IMG/VR virus record: IMGVR_UViG_3300031857_000518
Location: 1 to 38,781 of that record
Length of the DNA stretch: 38,781 bases
Source of the DNA: a virus
Lineage: Duplodnaviria > Caudoviricetes
Strand: one strand, 5' to 3'
Shown here piece by piece: positions 36,165 to 38,781 of this stretch. The position numbers and the translations under genes are program-made. How positions within the stretch are numbered: position 1 is the first letter of the stretch; every line of letters starts with the position of its first letter. The notes below the pieces were generated by a model that worked only from the letters and a program-made list of their open reading frames with translations, was not told the origin of the DNA and did no database searches.

Positions 36165-36282
36165 TTCTCCTCGCCCGATATAAGCGGCGTCCTTATTTCG
36201 CCCGATCCTCGGCGGCAGGTTGCACGATATGTGCCGTAGTGCCTGTCTAGCGGCGACCTAAACTATTACGCCCGAATAGTGT
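36165..36282 (-). promoter_or_regulatory. Repeat-containing structured leader of the scaffold gene
   Basis: Three TCGGGCG (36172, 36199, 36269) and three CGCCG (36185, 36210, 36251) motifs on the mRNA strand; the last hairpin abuts the AGGAG RBS. Confidence 0.55.
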
Positions 36283-36296
36283 AAAGTTTAAAATAC

Positions 36297-36443
36297 TTAA
36301 ACGTTCAGAGCGTCAATCTGCGCTTGTTTTTCGGCTATTTGGCGCGTGACTCTTAAAACCAACAAAGCGTTTCTAGCTTCAAGATTTGTCTTTGCCGTCG
36401 TCAATTGCAAAAGTTCTGCTTGTAGAATTTCTAAATCGTTCAT
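36297..36443 (-). CDS. 48-aa coiled-coil protein (not in ORF track)
   Basis: AAGGAG RBS; MNDLEILQAELLQLTTAKTNLEARN... Confidence 0.65.
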   Translation of the reverse strand: MNDLEILQAELLQLTTAKTNLEARNALLVLRVTRQIAEKQAQIDALNV

Positions 36444-36455
36444 GGTTATTCTCCT

Positions 36456-37598
36456 TTAAATGAATGACAGGCGAACCCAATTCGCTCCGTCTGATTGGAC
36501 TGTGATTGTGCTGTATTGTGAAGCAAGTGAACGTGTTGTAGTTCCGTCAATAGTTTGGCTAGAGGTTGTAGCCACGGTAACGGCATTAGCCGATGAGTCT
36601 GTTTTTTTAATCACGTAAATTCTACCGGTTGCGCCTATCGCTGTCGGTAGCGTTATTGTTCTGGCTGCGCCCGAAGCATTGACCAAAATTGTATGATCTC
36701 CCACGCCTGCTGTGATGCTCGTGCTTGTAGATAAAACTCTCGTGCCAAATGAGCCCGCTGTGTGAAGTGTAGCACCAGAGCTATTTGTGGAACCTCCAGC
36801 AATAATACGGCCCGCTGCGTCAATACGCGCAACTACTGACGATACGACTAGGAATTGTGCAAGATCCGCTGTTTGACCGGATGCACCAATCACTACAAGC
36901 GGGTTTGCATTAATGTCCTGTGTGGATCCCAATACTTGTGGGGCCCGTATGGACATATCAAACAACCATTCTCCGTCACCGCAAGTGATTGTTTGCAGAA
37001 AAGTGGTTGAAGGTGAGAATAGAGAAATTGAATCCCCACCCGGTCCTATCCTGAAAATATCTGAATCAAGGATATAATCGTAAACCTGAAAAAGTGGCTG
37101 TCCTCTTGTGATACCAGAATTAATTTCTCCGTAAAACAACGGCACGTCTGCGGTATTTGCTCTAGATTCTATAATGCCAAGGCCGCCACTTGCAGGAGTT
37201 GCTTCACCAAGGCTTAAATTGACATAGCCGGACGCTGTGTGAAAATCTTGAAAAGTAAAATATTGATTTGTATCTAACCCGGAAGAAACAGTGTCAACGT
37301 AAACAACGCCATTATTATTTAACGGGTTAATCCCACCAGTGCCACCTTTTGCTATCGGTAACACACCAGTTATAGCTGCAACCGAATGAGTATGTCCGGG
37401 GTTTGAAGACGCGGGGTTTTTTAAAAGATAATCCAAAGAGGTCGTGACCGCGCTGCTGTTAATACCGACCTTCGCCTGCAATGCTTCAATAGCGTCGTTT
37501 GCGTTCGCGTGCTGCGCGGAATGGCTGACAACGGATACGTCATCCGTTGGTGCCGGATTTGTAAGTGCGTCTAAACTTGTTGGAAAGTTTGTCGGCAT
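36456..37598 (-). CDS. Second fibre-like virion protein
   Basis: N-terminal FPTSLD...HANANDAIEALQAKVG; LPIAKGGTG; C-terminal TITLPTA...YVIKKTDSSANAVTV...TIDG...SDGANW. Confidence 0.75.
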   Translation of the reverse strand: MPTNFPTSLDALTNPAPTDDVSVVSHSAQHANANDAIEALQAKVGINSSAVTTSLDYLLKNPASSNPGHTHSVAAITGVLPIAKGGTGGINPLNNNGVVYVDTVSSGLDTNQYFTFQDFHTASGYVNLSLGEATPASGGLGIIESRANTADVPLFYGEINSGITRGQPLFQVYDYILDSDIFRIGPGGDSISLFSPSTTFLQTITCGDGEWLFDMSIRAPQVLGSTQDINANPLVVIGASGQTADLAQFLVVSSVVARIDAAGRIIAGGSTNSSGATLHTAGSFGTRVLSTSTSITAGVGDHTILVNASGAARTITLPTAIGATGRIYVIKKTDSSANAVTVATTSSQTIDGTTTRSLASQYSTITVQSDGANWVRLSFI

Positions 37599-37711
37599 TA
37601 ACGGCGACGCCTCCTAAAAGTAGTGATAAACTCATAGACCGCGTTGCCAAGATCGTACAGCAGCCCAGCTCTGTCATATTTAATTCCTGGCTGGTCGTAC
37701 TTCCAAGACAT
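37598..37711 (-). CDS. 37-aa peptide with YD repeats and penta-Arg C-terminus (not in ORF track)
   Basis: MSWKYDQPGIKYDRAGLLYDLGNAVYEFITTFRRRRR; TAATG overlaps at both ends. Confidence 0.65.
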   Translation of the reverse strand: MSWKYDQPGIKYDRAGLLYDLGNAVYEFITTFRRRRR

Positions 37712-38196
37712 TACGCAAACTTCGCTTTAAGTTGGGCAATTTCTTGCTCGATTTTTAGCTTTTCAGCAATTAGAGCGTCGGTCTCTGATTTTAAATCCAC
37801 CAACTCTTTGAGTCCAGCAGCAACTCTAGCTTTGACATGCTTAAGTTCAGTTTCGTTACTTTCCGCAATAGCGGCTTCTCTATTCTTAGCGTTGTCGATC
37901 AAAGCTTTTGCCTGAGCCTTAGCTTCAGATACGATTTCATCCGCTAATTTTTTGCTTGTCTCAACCATTTCGGCTGCTGCGTCTGCTTCGCGTTCAACGG
38001 ATCTAAGCTTTTTGGTCTGTTCCTGTATTTCGGCCACCAAATGTGCAATATTTGACTCGTGCGAAAGACGTTCGTTAAACATCTTCTCGACGGCTGAAAT
38101 CATGTCAACGGTATTAGACAAGAACTTCTTGACTTGAAGTTCTTTTTCAATATATTGCTTGAGTGTTTCAAGTTCTTCTTTTGTAATTTTCTTCAT
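37711..38196 (-). CDS. Coiled-coil protein
   Basis: 161 aa, heptad-rich; ATGA overlap upstream. Confidence 0.7.
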   Translation of the reverse strand: MKKITKEELETLKQYIEKELQVKKFLSNTVDMISAVEKMFNERLSHESNIAHLVAEIQEQTKKLRSVEREADAAAEMVETSKKLADEIVSEAKAQAKALIDNAKNREAAIAESNETELKHVKARVAAGLKELVDLKSETDALIAEKLKIEQEIAQLKAKFA

Positions 38197-38561
38197 TGTA
38201 AGTTACCTCTTCCGACAATAGCAATATAAATATCAGTGTTGGAGTCTCCACCCGTAAGCTCAGGCATCAAGGCCAAAACGTTTGCATGGATTGTCCGTGG
38301 TCTTCCGTTTGCGATCTGAGTGATCAACGTATCAAAGGCATCAGTGATCGTTTCAAACGAAGCAAGTGCTGGATCATTAGATCCTTTGAGCGAAACGCTT
38401 GCACTACCGCCCCAAACTCCAAAGATATGGAACGACTTATCAGAAAACCGAGCCGCGAGCAACGGAACTGCGGTATCGCCTTGTCTTAAACGCCAAAAGC
38501 CTGCAAGATCTCCGGCTCTAAGGCTCTTATTTGTTATTGGTGTAAATCCGATAGCTGGCAT
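38193..38561 (-). CDS. Hypothetical beta-rich late protein directly after the portal gene
   Basis: TAAGGAG RBS overlapping the portal stop; start MPAIGF. Confidence 0.7.
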   Translation of the reverse strand: MPAIGFTPITNKSLRAGDLAGFWRLRQGDTAVPLLAARFSDKSFHIFGVWGGSASVSLKGSNDPALASFETITDAFDTLITQIANGRPRTIHANVLALMPELTGGDSNTDIYIAIVGRGNLQ

Positions 38562-38781
38562 AGATAACTCCTTATATGTTGATGTTCCCTTTAATCGGAA
38601 CATTCGGTTGTTGTGAAATAATCTGCGTCTCTAATTGCGTTTGCTCAGTCTCCGCCATCTTTTTAACTGCTGCCGCTTCCTTATCTTTGGCCGAGGCTTG
38701 CAGATAAACCATTTGAGGATCCGGTGGCGACTCTTGCGCTGCTTTTGCAGCTTCTTCTTTCCGCGCCTTAAGCTTCTCAAT
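38520..38781. repeat. Terminal redundancy, right copy, encoding a variant portal C-terminus (38572-38781, minus strand)
   Basis: Translates ...AQESPPDPQMVYLQASAKDKEAAAVKKMAETEQ... versus ...AQEGPPDPQAAYLQASAKDKEASAVKKAAETEQ... in the left copy. Confidence 0.92.

Noticed and set aside
448-38616. Many short antisense or alternate-frame ORFs in the track (e.g. 596-880, 14217-14564, 22583-23023, 37565-37915)
   Set aside because: They lie within well-supported genes, lack RBSs and motifs, and mostly break the two-arm strand organisation.
1-38781. Prophage or temperate lifestyle
   Set aside because: No integrase, CI-like repressor, partition genes or flanking host genes were recognised, and the ends overlap as a circle.

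Overview
This window is an apparently complete tailed-phage genome of about 38.5 kb. Positions 1-262 recur at 38520-38781, giving a unit length of about 38,519 bp. No integrase or repressor is evident, and an Rz/Rz1-like spanin pair points to a Gram-negative host. Two arms diverge from a palindromic, AT-rich candidate origin at 4760-5033. The + arm carries early and replication genes (DenV, primase-helicase, PolA, Cas4-like nuclease, SNF2 helicase) and a thymidine-hypermodification set: dCTP deaminase, dUMP hydroxymethylase, HD phosphohydrolase, 5-hmdU DNA kinase, a GREB1/TAGT-type glycosyltransferase and a TagD-like cytidylyltransferase. The - arm is a P22-like podovirus late operon headed by an RfaH/NusG paralogue. 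Most notable: (1) a C CCA AAG slippery site at the end of the largest ejection-protein gene would, by -1 frameshift, append a start-less ADP-ribosyltransferase-like domain; (2) the hmdU pathway has a kinase and a glycosyltransferase but no amino-acid:DNA transferase, so the final base is unknown; (3) structured leaders precede the primase-helicase and scaffold genes, and ops-like motifs flank the RfaH gene. All family calls come from motif recognition by eye; no database search was run.
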